Source: Nitrososphaeraceae archaeon
Lineage (GTDB): Archaea; Thermoproteota; Nitrososphaeria; Nitrososphaerales; Nitrososphaeraceae
Assembly: GCA_035762785.1 (NCBI GenBank)
Contig: DASUCH010000043.1
Location: 7,158-71,157 of the forward strand
Length of the DNA: 64,000 nt
Reading direction: 5' to 3'
Part shown: one piece after another, positions 10,541 through 21,143 of the stretch
Layout: each line of letters opens with the position of its first letter
Position numbering within the stretch: the first letter of the stretch is position 1
The notes under the pieces: generated by a model
The model's input: only the letters and a program-made list of their open reading frames with translations
Database searches by the model: none
Told to the model about the DNA's origin: nothing
Translations under genes and position numbers: made by a program

Positions 10541-11293
10541 ATGCACTCAATGCATAGGAATTCTTTATTATATTTTTTGAAATTGTCTTCATTTATTGGA
10601 GCTTTCATCTATATGATATTTTTTTCAAATAATATTTTATATGCTCAAAATGAATTTGAACCTCCAGCACAAACGCTTAATGTAACAAAATCAAAAAGTC
10701 ATGAAAGCTTTGTTGTTCCCTTTAGCGCATCTAATACAGACCGTAAAAATCCAGTAATTCATACTTTTGAGACTTCCAAAGATGATAGTTGGATTCTTGG
10801 CATTGATAATAATATGACCTACAACAAATCTTCTGAAGCAAAAACAATTATTAAATTGATGGAAAATAAGCCTAGCGAAAAATTCATTGAATTAGCCATG
10901 TTTGAACAAAATGAAAAATTCTGGGTTGCTGTTAATACAAATGAATCAGGATACATAAGAGTCCATGAACGAGATACTGATGGATGGTCTCGTGATGAAC
11001 CCCTTATGGTAGGACATGCTAATAATCAAGGTTTAACAATTACTAATGGAAAAAGAATCGTAATTGACAGGCTATCGTTAGATGGTTTTAACTTAGGTTC
11101 TATTGCTATATATGGAAAAGATGATACTGATTCTCCGATAAATACTTTGGATGGCTTTATTTCCTTTGATCTTATATTTGGTAATCCTAGAGATTCTCCA
11201 TTATATTTTCTACCTATCATTATGTTAGTTTTAGTTGGAGGGATAGTATTCTACCTTCTAAAAATTAAGAAAAGAGACCGTGAGAAGGAATAA
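10541..11293 (+). CDS. Secreted, C-terminally membrane-anchored hypothetical protein
   Basis: N-terminal hydrophobic signal ending LYAQ; beta-rich middle; C-terminal TM followed by basic KIKKR. Confidence 0.75.
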   Translation: MHSMHRNSLLYFLKLSSFIGAFIYMIFFSNNILYAQNEFEPPAQTLNVTKSKSHESFVVPFSASNTDRKNPVIHTFETSKDDSWILGIDNNMTYNKSSEAKTIIKLMENKPSEKFIELAMFEQNEKFWVAVNTNESGYIRVHERDTDGWSRDEPLMVGHANNQGLTITNGKRIVIDRLSLDGFNLGSIAIYGKDDTDSPINTLDGFISFDLIFGNPRDSPLYFLPIIMLVLVGGIVFYLLKIKKRDREKE

Positions 11294-11303
11294 ATAAATC
11301 CCA

Positions 11304-12020
11304 TTAAATTTTTTTTTGATTTGTGTAAAAGTTGCATATACCTTTTAAACTACATATTTGGCATTTAGGTCTTATAGGAAGACAAATATTTTGTCCATAT
11401 ATTACAAAAATATTATTTAAAATTAACCAGTATTTTTTGTCTACGATTTTTATTAATTCTTCCTCTGTTTTTTTAACATTTTGTGTTTTAACTATACCAA
11501 TTCTGTTAGAAATCCTATGAACATGCGTATCAACTGGTATGGCCGGTTTATTAAAAGCATATACCAAAACGCAGTTTGCAGTTTTTCTCCCTACACCAGG
11601 TAATGATAAAAGCTCTTCAAGTTCACTTGGCACAATTCCATGAAATTTTTCGACAATGATATTGGATGCTTGTTTAATCCTTTCTGATTTAGTATTGTAA
11701 AAACCTATGCTATGTATAATTGATTTTATATCATTCAAATCTGCATTGGATAATTCAAACGCATTCTTATATTTCTGAAAAAGTTTACGTACAATTTTTG
11801 AAGTATTTTCATCCCTTGAACGAGCAGATAAAATAGTTCCAATTAGTATCTTGAAGGGATCATTATCTTCTTCAATTTGAAGTTCTTTTAGCGCTGTAAG
11901 TCGTGAGAGGTCTTCAAAGTAATTCAATGTAGTCTCCATATTATCAAGGATATTTTCTATTTTTATCAGTTTTTGAGGGCGATTATTATCTTGAAGTTTT
12001 ATATTTGATTTTTTCTTCAA
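11304..12020 (-). CDS. nth: Endonuclease III
   Basis: HhH motif LPGVGRKTAN, PVDTHV, and C-x6-C-x2-C-x5-C Fe-S cluster motif. Confidence 0.95.
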   Translation of the reverse strand: MKKKSNIKLQDNNRPQKLIKIENILDNMETTLNYFEDLSRLTALKELQIEEDNDPFKILIGTILSARSRDENTSKIVRKLFQKYKNAFELSNADLNDIKSIIHSIGFYNTKSERIKQASNIIVEKFHGIVPSELEELLSLPGVGRKTANCVLVYAFNKPAIPVDTHVHRISNRIGIVKTQNVKKTEEELIKIVDKKYWLILNNIFVIYGQNICLPIRPKCQICSLKGICNFYTNQKKI

Positions 12021-12535
12021 TGTTTATTTGTTCTGTAATAGGTTGTCTAATAAAAAAATTTAGATATATATTTTGATTTGTAAATAATATATGAACTACA
12101 AATTATCAACTGTACCAAATAATATTACTGATCCGATATTTCTGATAAAGTTAAAATAGCTTACCTGATAATGCTCCATAATATCGATCTTTTTCAAATT
12201 ATTTTTATACTGATTTTATTGGTTGTTTAAATTTTATTTCATATTCTTTATCTCTTTGTTTATATATTAAATCTAAATTATACAATATCTTTGGATATAT
12301 AGGAAGAGCTCATCTCTACTTCTCCCAAGGTTCTTTGGATTCTTTTTTATAAGATTTGAGTATAAGAAATTATTTCTTTTATGAAGTCACTTAATGAAAG
12401 ATACGCTCATCAAATAATTAAGTATAATTATAAAAAGCTATAATTATTTAAAATAAAAGATAATTGAATACCAGTTATTTTGTTTATTTTGAATAAAAAA
12501 GAATATTGGATAAAGATTATTTAGCTGTAATCATG

Positions 12536-13198
12536 TTAGCGAGAGTGTTCTCTTAAGGAACGTGATTTTCGAAAATTTGCCCCTTCTGTATCTGGCACGT
12601 CTGGTATGTCCATGCCTGTTCTTTGCTCCGCCATGAAGCTAGCCTCATCTAGAATTCTACCAACGTCTTCTCCATAATTATTAAAATCGAAAGCATTATC
12701 TCCAATCCCACTCGCATTAGTTAAAATATCGTTAAATGTTGAGTTTATTTCATTCAGCTCCCCATCAGCTTCAGGTAAAACATCATTAATTTTTCCTTTA
12801 ATATGAGAGAGAGCACCCATTGCTGGTCCTAAAGCTGCCATTGAATCACCTATGTCTATAGTAGATTCCAATCTCATATGAACTTGTTCTAGAGCTAATT
12901 TTATTTGTGACATTGTTCTAGCAGTTTTTCTAACTTGGGCAAGTTCAGTAGAAATCATTTTTCCCTGTTGTGAATCATGCTTTTGTAAAGATGAAACTAC
13001 CTGTTCAAAATAAATTTTTTCACGTGTTTTTAGTTTTTCCAACATTGAATCAAGTTTTTTGTTTTGTGTTTGTATTTTACTCTTAGCTAATTCCATTTTA
13101 GGTTTAAGAGGCTGATGAGATCGTAAACTATCTCTCAATATATCAGTAGAATTCCGTTTTTTTTCTTTAATCCAATTATTGCTAAAATGTTTATCCAT
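12536..13198 (-). CDS. ESCRT-III/Snf7-family (CdvB paralogue) protein
   Basis: Coiled-coil core PLKPK...ELAQVRK...LALEQVHMRLEST..GD, ILDEA, and acidic PDVP tail. Confidence 0.88.
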   Translation of the reverse strand: MDKHFSNNWIKEKKRNSTDILRDSLRSHQPLKPKMELAKSKIQTQNKKLDSMLEKLKTREKIYFEQVVSSLQKHDSQQGKMISTELAQVRKTARTMSQIKLALEQVHMRLESTIDIGDSMAALGPAMGALSHIKGKINDVLPEADGELNEINSTFNDILTNASGIGDNAFDFNNYGEDVGRILDEASFMAEQRTGMDIPDVPDTEGANFRKSRSLREHSR

Positions 13199-13444
13199 GA
13201 ATACTAATAGTATTCTTCTTCAGACCTTAAACTACAATGTCATCTTTGAATAACCAACTAGTAATTTTTTATAAACATTTTTCACATAGAAATTGCATAA
13301 ATAAAATATATATCAAATGCATGTATTATTTGATTTCTAAATTGGTGAAAACGTGTTTTGAAGTAATAAATAAAATAACTAAAAATATTATCTTCTGATG
13401 AGTTAAAGCATCAAGTAATATTTAATATATACTATTTAGGGTTC

Positions 13445-14196
13445 GCTGTGTTAACTTAAGAAAATAGTTTAAAGTATGAATTTTCTATCTCTAATCCCTA
13501 TGGTAAATAGATTATTTGACAGAAATATAGAACATCCAAAGTTATAGTTATTTATTCTTTCTTATCTATACTTTCTTATTAGTCTCAATCTAAGAAATAC
13601 CAAAACATTAGTCATATTTTGAGATGAAAAAGGAGTGATGTGGCTGTATTGTATTAGATTCAAAGATCTGGTTATTCATCTCAGAGTTATAAAAGGAAGA
13701 TAAAGAATTTTTGTATTCATAGTTGATGAAACATTAATTCAGATTAATAATCATCACTCTAAAGATGGACATGTATCGAACCAGATCACAACTCTGATGA
13801 TTGGAATCCGCATTCAAGATGAAAACATGTTGTAGCAGACCGCTCTCTAGTTGATAATATGGCAAATGCAAAACAAGATACATGGAAAGTGGTACTTGGT
13901 ATCTTCAAGCATGTAATTTTTGCATTTAAAATATAGGATGCACCTTCTTTAGAGAGCGCAGCATGATTGAGCGAGTATTGTAATACATAGGGATAAAACA
14001 ACAGAATGGATTGTTGATTACTATCTCTCTCCTTGTAATGCTAAGAAGTGAAAGAATAATTGTGATCTATAATATGTCTACAATTGTATAAAATATTTAT
14101 CTATTTGTATAATATAACAATTAGAAATAAAATATCAGTTGTTAAAGGATATGAAATAAACTATTCAAATGTCGAATGTTTGACTATTAACAAGAC
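13445..14196 (+). pseudogene. Degenerate IS6-family DDE transposase remnant; the 13786..14001 minus-strand ORF is its antisense shadow
   Basis: Broken plus-strand frames give MVNRLFDRN (ATG 13500), FIVDETLIQI (13716), WTCIEP (13766), SGTWYLQACNFLHLKYRMH (13888), SMIERVL*Y and DYY, with many stops and frameshifts. Candidate left end gctgtgttaactt at 13445; right end uncertain. Confidence 0.8.
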
Positions 14197-14301
14197 TCAA
14201 AAAAAAGGAAAATCATCCTATATTCAAAGAATAGTAAATAAAACTATTTGATTGAATACTTATATATATAAATTGATTTTATTATTTATTTTGGTTTATA
14301 A

Positions 14302-15780
14302 ATGAATATCTTACAATGGTGTAATATTGATGAATGCCTTTTAATTGCAGAAACGGATGAGGTCTATAAAAAATACGCAGGTTTAAAACATTCAAATGAA
14401 TCAATACTCTCTCTTGCTAATTTAAGATTGTTAAACTCTAAGCTATTTTTAAAAAACTATATAGAGCCACTTGATCTTTTTCTTTCAGTTGTAGAAAACT
14501 TTGTAGATTCTTCAACTAAAGATTTAGAGCTTAAGTTACATGATATTAGAACGAAGAAAATTGTTTCAAAGCATAAATTCAATAACAGAAATATAAATTG
14601 GAATACATGGAGACAATTTAACAGTAAGGAGAAGAATGTTCAGAAAAGAAAGGACGTTTTCGATGAGTTTATAGAAAAAACAAAATATATTTCTCCCATT
14701 ATTTATAATCGCTTTGAAAAGATACGATTACTTTATTCAACTATCCAGCAAAGTAGTAGCAGTAATATTTCAATTGGATCTAACTACCTAGATCCACTAT
14801 CAGGTTATTTGATGAATGAAAAAATAACATATACAAGATTTATAAATTTTGTCAAATATATAGGTAATAATTCAAGCAAACCTTTCAAAAAATCTCTTCA
14901 AATGATGTCGAGTGAAATTTTAAAAAGAGATGCGGAATATTATGAGGATTTTTATTTCTTTCGAAATAAGACATATAAAGATTTTGATATGACATTTAAA
15001 AAAATTAATCCTTTAAAAGAAGTAAATAAAATTTTAAAAATTCTGGATTTTGACCTAAATAGAATAAGTTTTGATACAGAAAATAGACAAAACAAATATC
15101 CATCACCAATATGTTTCTTTGTTAGAATACCTTATGATATTCGCATTCTATATAAATCCGAAAGCCCTTATTTTGATCTTCAAGGATGTTTTCATGAATC
15201 AGGACATGCGATGCATGCAAGCTCCATAAACCCAGAAAAAGAATATTGGAAAAAATATCATATTTCCATGGGAGTGGCTGAAATATTTTCTATTTTGCTA
15301 GAACGTTTAACAAAAAAAGGGATTTTTCTCAAATCATCTCTTGGAATAACCGATGATAAGCTACTGAATAAATTGGAATCAAGAAATAATTTTATGGAAT
15401 TATTTTTCGCCACCTTTTATTCTGCAAATGCGCTCATGAAATCAAGTTTTTGGAAAAATCATCTAGGTATTGAAGCTTGTAATTTATTATATTCAAAATT
15501 AGTCAAAGATTTTACAGGAATTTCAATTCCTGGAGCATATTGGATGCTTCATCATATACTTCCCGAAGCTATAATGTATGTTCCAAGTTATATTTTTGCT
15601 GCAGTTAGGGCCAAAGAATTGGATGTTCATTTACAAAATATCTTTGGTGAAACATGGTGGAAAGATAAAAAAACAGGCAAGTATCTACAGCAAATTATGT
15701 CTTCAGGTGCAGAGATTGATCTTTCAGTATTTTCAAAGCTTGATAGTGATTTATATTTAAAAGAAATAACATCTTTATAA
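14302..15780 (+). CDS. Gluzincin metallopeptidase, M3/M32-like
   Basis: HESGH (HExxH) zinc motif, downstream GVAE third ligand, C-terminal H...YVPSY motif; no signal peptide. Confidence 0.75.
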   Translation: MNILQWCNIDECLLIAETDEVYKKYAGLKHSNESILSLANLRLLNSKLFLKNYIEPLDLFLSVVENFVDSSTKDLELKLHDIRTKKIVSKHKFNNRNINWNTWRQFNSKEKNVQKRKDVFDEFIEKTKYISPIIYNRFEKIRLLYSTIQQSSSSNISIGSNYLDPLSGYLMNEKITYTRFINFVKYIGNNSSKPFKKSLQMMSSEILKRDAEYYEDFYFFRNKTYKDFDMTFKKINPLKEVNKILKILDFDLNRISFDTENRQNKYPSPICFFVRIPYDIRILYKSESPYFDLQGCFHESGHAMHASSINPEKEYWKKYHISMGVAEIFSILLERLTKKGIFLKSSLGITDDKLLNKLESRNNFMELFFATFYSANALMKSSFWKNHLGIEACNLLYSKLVKDFTGISIPGAYWMLHHILPEAIMYVPSYIFAAVRAKELDVHLQNIFGETWWKDKKTGKYLQQIMSSGAEIDLSVFSKLDSDLYLKEITSL

Positions 15781-16197
15781 TAGGTAAGAATTATTTTAAA
15801 CTTTTTTAATGGTCATAGAAGTACTTTAACTAAGAAATTGTATTAAATGAAAAAACGTAATTCTAATTATGGTATAAAGTAAATTTGCATGTAAAACTAA
15901 TTATACTTTATTTGTTAATCGTATCTGTACTAAATTATAGTTGGAATCTCTTTCATGAAATTCTCAAGTTACTATTTTTAAATGCTGTAAGGTTTTCTAT
16001 ATTAGCGTCTATAAGAACTGCTATAATATTTCTAATACATTAGGTATGGAAGACTGTTTTATCATATTATAACAGGATAAACTCTATGGATCTGATAATG
16101 TGTAGAAATTGACGATGATCTATTTCTTATTCCACTCAATAGAGATCACTAAAATATCCAAAATTATAAATTGAAATAACTATCATTTTACTTTAGA

Positions 16198-16557
16198 ATG
16201 AAACGAGAATTTATTGCCTCTAGAATTGAGGCCACACAAGATGGCAGTCCTTATGTTTATGTAACATTCTCAGATGCTCATGACTACAAACCAGGAAGTG
16301 ATAAAAGAATGAATCCTTTTGGTCCTAATGTTATGGCATTTACTTCTCCGGAAGATTTAATGAAAAATTTACCAAAGGCAATGGGTGATATATCAAAGAT
16401 GATTTCTGGAGGTATGGGTGGAGTAGCAGGAGGAGTGTCTGGAGATAATCCTACCTTTAAGATAACGATGAAAGATTATGAGGATATGAATATTAAAGTC
16501 GGAGATAAAGTTATTATAGAGATCAAGAAGTCTGATTCAGGCAGTATTTACACATAA
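16198..16557 (+). CDS. Hypothetical protein, possibly arcadin-1-like
   Basis: DGSPYVYV hairpin, central helix with Gly-rich linker, C-terminal PTFKITMKDYEDMNIKVGDKVIIEI. Confidence 0.55.
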   Translation: MKREFIASRIEATQDGSPYVYVTFSDAHDYKPGSDKRMNPFGPNVMAFTSPEDLMKNLPKAMGDISKMISGGMGGVAGGVSGDNPTFKITMKDYEDMNIKVGDKVIIEIKKSDSGSIYT

Positions 16558-16734
16558 TTACTCTTCTTAAATAATTTATTTTTTGTATTTATAAAATACT
16601 TGTATATAATATAGTAAACTGAGTACAACCCAGTTGATTATAATAACAATACGAGAATATACCAGACAGATTTTCTAAAAAGGTATTTTCTGTTTCATAA
16701 ACTTGATAAATGGCACGTTGTTTTTAAGAATATA

Positions 16735-17169
16735 TTGGTTAATATTGATACTACTGCATCACTTGAAAGTTTTAGAAAATTTATTATTGTAAGTACATGT
16801 AAATCGTTTATTCCTGAAAGTTATTTTCGTGATTATGAGGTCTTTCCGGAACGAGAAGATGGACCAGGAGCCATTTATATAGAGGCTGTTGATAAGGTAA
16901 CTTTAAAACGAATTAGAGAAATGACCTTTGTAAACGCAAAAGATATTCTCGGAATAATATATTCTTCTAAAAGTGGCAATACTCAATTAAAATGGAGACA
17001 AATTAGGAAAAAATCAGGCAAAGTTAATGGAACTGCATCACCTAACGCATTGGTTAATCTTGTTGAATCAGGAGTCCTAACGCAAGAATGGGTGGATGAC
17101 TATCTTGCATCTGCCCAAAATTTAAATAAATCAACTAACCAATCAAATGAAACCCCCAAATCAAATTGA
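16735..17169 (+). CDS. Conserved hypothetical protein
   Basis: 144-aa ORF with normal composition, upstream of and co-oriented with pelota. Confidence 0.75.
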   Translation: MVNIDTTASLESFRKFIIVSTCKSFIPESYFRDYEVFPEREDGPGAIYIEAVDKVTLKRIREMTFVNAKDILGIIYSSKSGNTQLKWRQIRKKSGKVNGTASPNALVNLVESGVLTQEWVDDYLASAQNLNKSTNQSNETPKSN

Positions 17170-17220
17170 AGTCCATCTGTTTGATTTGACAAATCAACTA
17201 ACCTGCTAATTATATGCAAT

Positions 17221-18294
17221 ATGAAAAGTAAAGAAGTGTCGAATTCTTCGGGCAAGGCTATGTTAATTATTCCAGAAGATTCTGATGATCTTTTTACTTT
17301 AAGAAGGATCATTAAGACCGATAATATAGTAGTGTCTGATACTTCTCGAGTGATAAAATTTGAAAAAGAATATTCTAGACCAGATAGAGAAAGAGTAAAA
17401 ATTCGTGTATCAGTTAAAGTAGAGAAAATAGCACTGGATGAATCGATAGATCGATTGAGAATAGCTGGAACTATCATTGAATCAAATAATAGTCTTGTAC
17501 CAAAGGGAACATATCATTCAATTATAGTTCAAATTGGAAATAATATTGTTATTGATAAAGGTAAAAAATGGGAAGAGCTAGATTTAAAACTTTTGAAATC
17601 AGCTTTCTCCGGTACTTTTGTTATTGTAGCCATTGATACAAAGGAAGCAGGAATTGGAAAAATAACTGGAACTCATTTAGAAATCATTCCAAATATCTAC
17701 TCAGGACAAAGTGGAAAATATTATACTCAGGGAGCCAAGAATAATCCCAATATAGAAGTGTTCTTTGACGAAGTATACCTTGCATTACATAATATTGTAA
17801 ATGGATATGAAAACTATAAAATAATATTATTTGGTCCAGGAGAAACAAAAAGAAGGTTTTCCAATTTTATTATAGGTAAAAGATCTAATTATAAAGATAT
17901 ATTAACTGTTATTGATGGGATTGATATAGCAGGAGAAGATGGAATAATGGTATTTCTCAGATCCCCATTACTCAAAGAAGTTATGAGTTCTAGTAAAATA
18001 TCATTTGTATCTGCGATATTAGACAATATCATGTTACAAGTTAGTAGAGGTGAAGCAAAATATGTTATGGGATTTAGAGAAGTCGATGAAGCAATTAATT
18101 TGAAATCTGTTAAATCTCTTGTTTTTTCTGATTCAATATTTAAAGATTTAAAGGAAGAACAAATAATAAACATGTTAAATCTAGCAGAAACATATGGAGC
18201 TAATGTATATGCTGTCGATTCTTCAACAGATATTGGATTAAGAGTAACTGCATTAGGTGGAATAGTTGCATTGCTTCGATACCAACTTCGTTAA
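17221..18294 (+). CDS. pelA: Pelota/Dom34 mRNA surveillance protein
   Basis: PEDSDDLFTL, RLRIAG, GTYHS, GPG and terminal LGGIVALLRY motifs. Confidence 0.95.
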   Translation: MKSKEVSNSSGKAMLIIPEDSDDLFTLRRIIKTDNIVVSDTSRVIKFEKEYSRPDRERVKIRVSVKVEKIALDESIDRLRIAGTIIESNNSLVPKGTYHSIIVQIGNNIVIDKGKKWEELDLKLLKSAFSGTFVIVAIDTKEAGIGKITGTHLEIIPNIYSGQSGKYYTQGAKNNPNIEVFFDEVYLALHNIVNGYENYKIILFGPGETKRRFSNFIIGKRSNYKDILTVIDGIDIAGEDGIMVFLRSPLLKEVMSSSKISFVSAILDNIMLQVSRGEAKYVMGFREVDEAINLKSVKSLVFSDSIFKDLKEEQIINMLNLAETYGANVYAVDSSTDIGLRVTALGGIVALLRYQLR

Positions 18295-18375
18295 ATAGTT
18301 TTTTATCCCTAATCTATAATTACTTGGTAATAAAATAATAATTTTTTTGTATACTATTAAATATTGATTGAAATT

Positions 18376-19137
18376 TCAAGCAGTTCTACGACTGACTATG
18401 ACTGTAACGTTATCTAAACCACCATTATCATTAGCTTTTTCTACAAGGTTTTTACCTATTTGGTCACATTTTTTTTTATAGTTATTTTTAAATATATCTA
18501 ATATTTCGTTTTCATATAGCATATCTGTAAGACCATCAGAACATAATAGTAAATATTCTCCTTTATGCCATTTACAATTAGTAAGATATGGATTAATTTG
18601 TTCGCTTATACCCAGAGCTTGGGTTAAAATATGTCTTAAAGGATATTTGATGGAATATTCTTTAGAAATTCTTACCTCTCTGTCTTGACTATCTAGTAAT
18701 GTATGATCTCTAGTCAGCTTTGATATTTTTTCTTTTTGGATATCAAGGATATATAATCTACTATCTCCAATATTTGCAATATGTAAATTATTTGTTTCAG
18801 ATATTACACAAAGAACTATTGTTGTTCCCATATTGTATAACAACGGGGTAGATGATCCTTCAATTCTAATTTTATAATTTGCAAGATTTAATGCTTGTAC
18901 CAAATAGTCATCTATTGCTATTTCTTTTATAATATTATTTTCTATTCGGTTAGTTAAATATTTAGAAATAGTTTCTACCGCTAGTTTACTTGCTACTTCG
19001 CCACCATTGTGGCCTCCCATTCCATCCGCAATCATTAAAATTTTAGATTCTTTATTAATATAGGTGGAGTCCTCATTATTTGCTCTGACTTTTCCAACAT
19101 CAGTGTGAACAGAGACATCTATGTTATTTGAAAGCAC
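18376..19137 (-). CDS. PP2C/PrpC-family Ser/Thr protein phosphatase
   Basis: GKVRANNED, ADGMGGH, MGTT, NIGDSR, TRDH, LLCSDGL and GGLDNVT motifs. Confidence 0.95.
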   Translation of the reverse strand: MLSNNIDVSVHTDVGKVRANNEDSTYINKESKILMIADGMGGHNGGEVASKLAVETISKYLTNRIENNIIKEIAIDDYLVQALNLANYKIRIEGSSTPLLYNMGTTIVLCVISETNNLHIANIGDSRLYILDIQKEKISKLTRDHTLLDSQDREVRISKEYSIKYPLRHILTQALGISEQINPYLTNCKWHKGEYLLLCSDGLTDMLYENEILDIFKNNYKKKCDQIGKNLVEKANDNGGLDNVTVIVSRRTA

Positions 19138-19244
19138 TATAAATTATATTATCCAGACCTTTTAATTTAAATCTAATTTTGAGCAATTAATCAAAACCTT
19201 AATTCGAATCGTAGATAATAACAATACTGCAACTATTTTAATTT

Positions 19245-19580
19245 TTAACTTTTAATGGAATCGATCATCCATTTTAAATATGACTTAGAAACATCGTTCA
19301 TCTTAACTTCAATAATTTCTGGTACATCATAAGGATGAATTCTTGCGATTTCCAATTTTAGTTTTGTAGCCAAAGATTTGGTTGTTTTCAATAGGACCAT
19401 GATCTCTTCATGATCTTCAAGTTTGTTACTCCAAGAATAAAATGATCGTATGGGCACTAAACTAATACATGCACATAATTTTTTTTCTATAATTAAATCA
19501 TTAACATTCTGAATTATGGATTCCTTATTTGGGAATGTAGATATTATTATGACAGCTGACTGGTTTCTCCCCCGTCTCAT
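19245..19580 (-). CDS. cutA: Divalent cation tolerance protein CutA
   Basis: LCACI, SFYSW, E...KT and HPYDVPEI motifs. Confidence 0.93.
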   Translation of the reverse strand: MRRGRNQSAVIIISTFPNKESIIQNVNDLIIEKKLCACISLVPIRSFYSWSNKLEDHEEIMVLLKTTKSLATKLKLEIARIHPYDVPEIIEVKMNDVSKSYLKWMIDSIKS

Positions 19581-20167
19581 TGGTACTTAAACTATAACAG
19601 AGTATTATAAGATTTTAGATCATTTTTTTGATACTATCTTCTTATATATGCATGCTATGAGGATTTTACATATTTTACCAACTAGTAATATAGAAATTCA
19701 CTATAAGAATCTGTTTTCATCATGAAAAATAAATAATGTATCCCTTTTTATTCTATCGTTCCAAGTTATTACTAAAATAAGAGGATTAAATTAAACTATC
19801 TATTAAAAAGCTTGTATTGGCTTGTAATCGCCTTAATAAGTAAATTTACCGCTTTTAGATTGTAAAGTTTATTCAGTGTGGGTATTTACTATGGGAAGGG
19901 GGTGGTATATTAAAACTAGTTGTATAATTTTAAATATTACAAATAATAATATAACAATCCTAAATATTAGAAATTCTGATAAGGTTTTAGAGAAAGTTAG
20001 TTAATATACGCATAAACTTTCGGATCAAAATAGCAGAATTGAGATATGTCTTATTATAATTATGATTATAATTATAGAAATAACAATTATTGTTGCCATT
20101 TAAATTAACTATATTACTAAAATTTAAAATATTATGTTCCACTAAAGTTTTTATATTAATAACGCGT

Positions 20168-20212
20168 ACTTTTAAGTATGTTGGACTTTAAGTAAATTGC
20201 ACTTTAAGTATG
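20168..20212. repeat. Three copies of TTTAAGTA at an exact 16-bp period
   Basis: TTTAAGTA at 20171, 20187 and 20203, each preceded by AC or ACT; near-palindromic ACTT-T-AAGT. Confidence 0.7.
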
Positions 20213-21143
20213 TTTATTATTATAATATTCTTAGACACTTATTTTTATATCTATTAGATTTTTTTAGTAAAGATTCCATATGACGTTATCAAAATTAAAC
20301 AATATATAATTATATAATTTATTCTCTAACAAATTTTATTCAAGAACTTTTTAATAGTTAAACTTATTCTTTCTTTATGCACATATAAAAATTATAGAAA
20401 AGAAACAAATTATACAAGTAATATATTTCAATGGTACTGCTATTAAAATTAGTTTTGAACGCTATGATTGGCTATTACTAGTTAATTCATCATTGCTACA
20501 ACCTAGTGCTACACTGGCTATTCAGACGACCTTTATTCAAATTTATACTATAGATATAGTACGTATCAACAAAACTAAACAAATATGGTATAATACGAGT
20601 CCTTTCGAAGGTTTTTGTTATTGTATATATTGTAAATGATCCGCTTTAGATAATTTAACAACCACATAGAGAAAAAAATACTATTAATGAAATATTCAAT
20701 AAATTATCGCCCATAAAATTTTTAACAAAGAATTAAATTAGGAAATTATAAGAAATGCATCTTTGATGAAATATAACATTATATTTTTTATTTTTATATA
20801 TTTTTAATTAATCGGAATTACAGTACTTTCTGTGGGATTAATAATGAAGTAGCTCATATTGATTTAATTGGTAGAATTGAATTGCACTATTAATTAGATA
20901 TCCGTATCTAATAAATATGATTTGATTATATATTTAAATTAAAATTATTAATATTTAACCATTTATCCAAACATATTAGATATAAATATAAATAAAAATT
21001 CTTCTAATATAAATTAATAATTCAAAAGTTAATTAGTAAATAGAATATTTATAAACGAATAACTCTTTATACAAACTACATATAAAATAAATATTGATTA
21101 AACAATACTATTAATATATTTAATATCACTACTTTTAATATAA

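Noticed and set aside
12021..12535. 515-bp intergenic stretch as a possible pseudogene
   Set aside because: No coherent reading frame or recognisable motif on either strand
13786..14001. 71-aa minus-strand ORF
   Set aside because: Antisense shadow of the IS6 transposase remnant on the plus strand
19581..21143. Possible replication origin
   Set aside because: Only a weak ORB-like fragment (gttccactaaag near 20136), no paired ORBs and no cdc6/orc1 gene in the window
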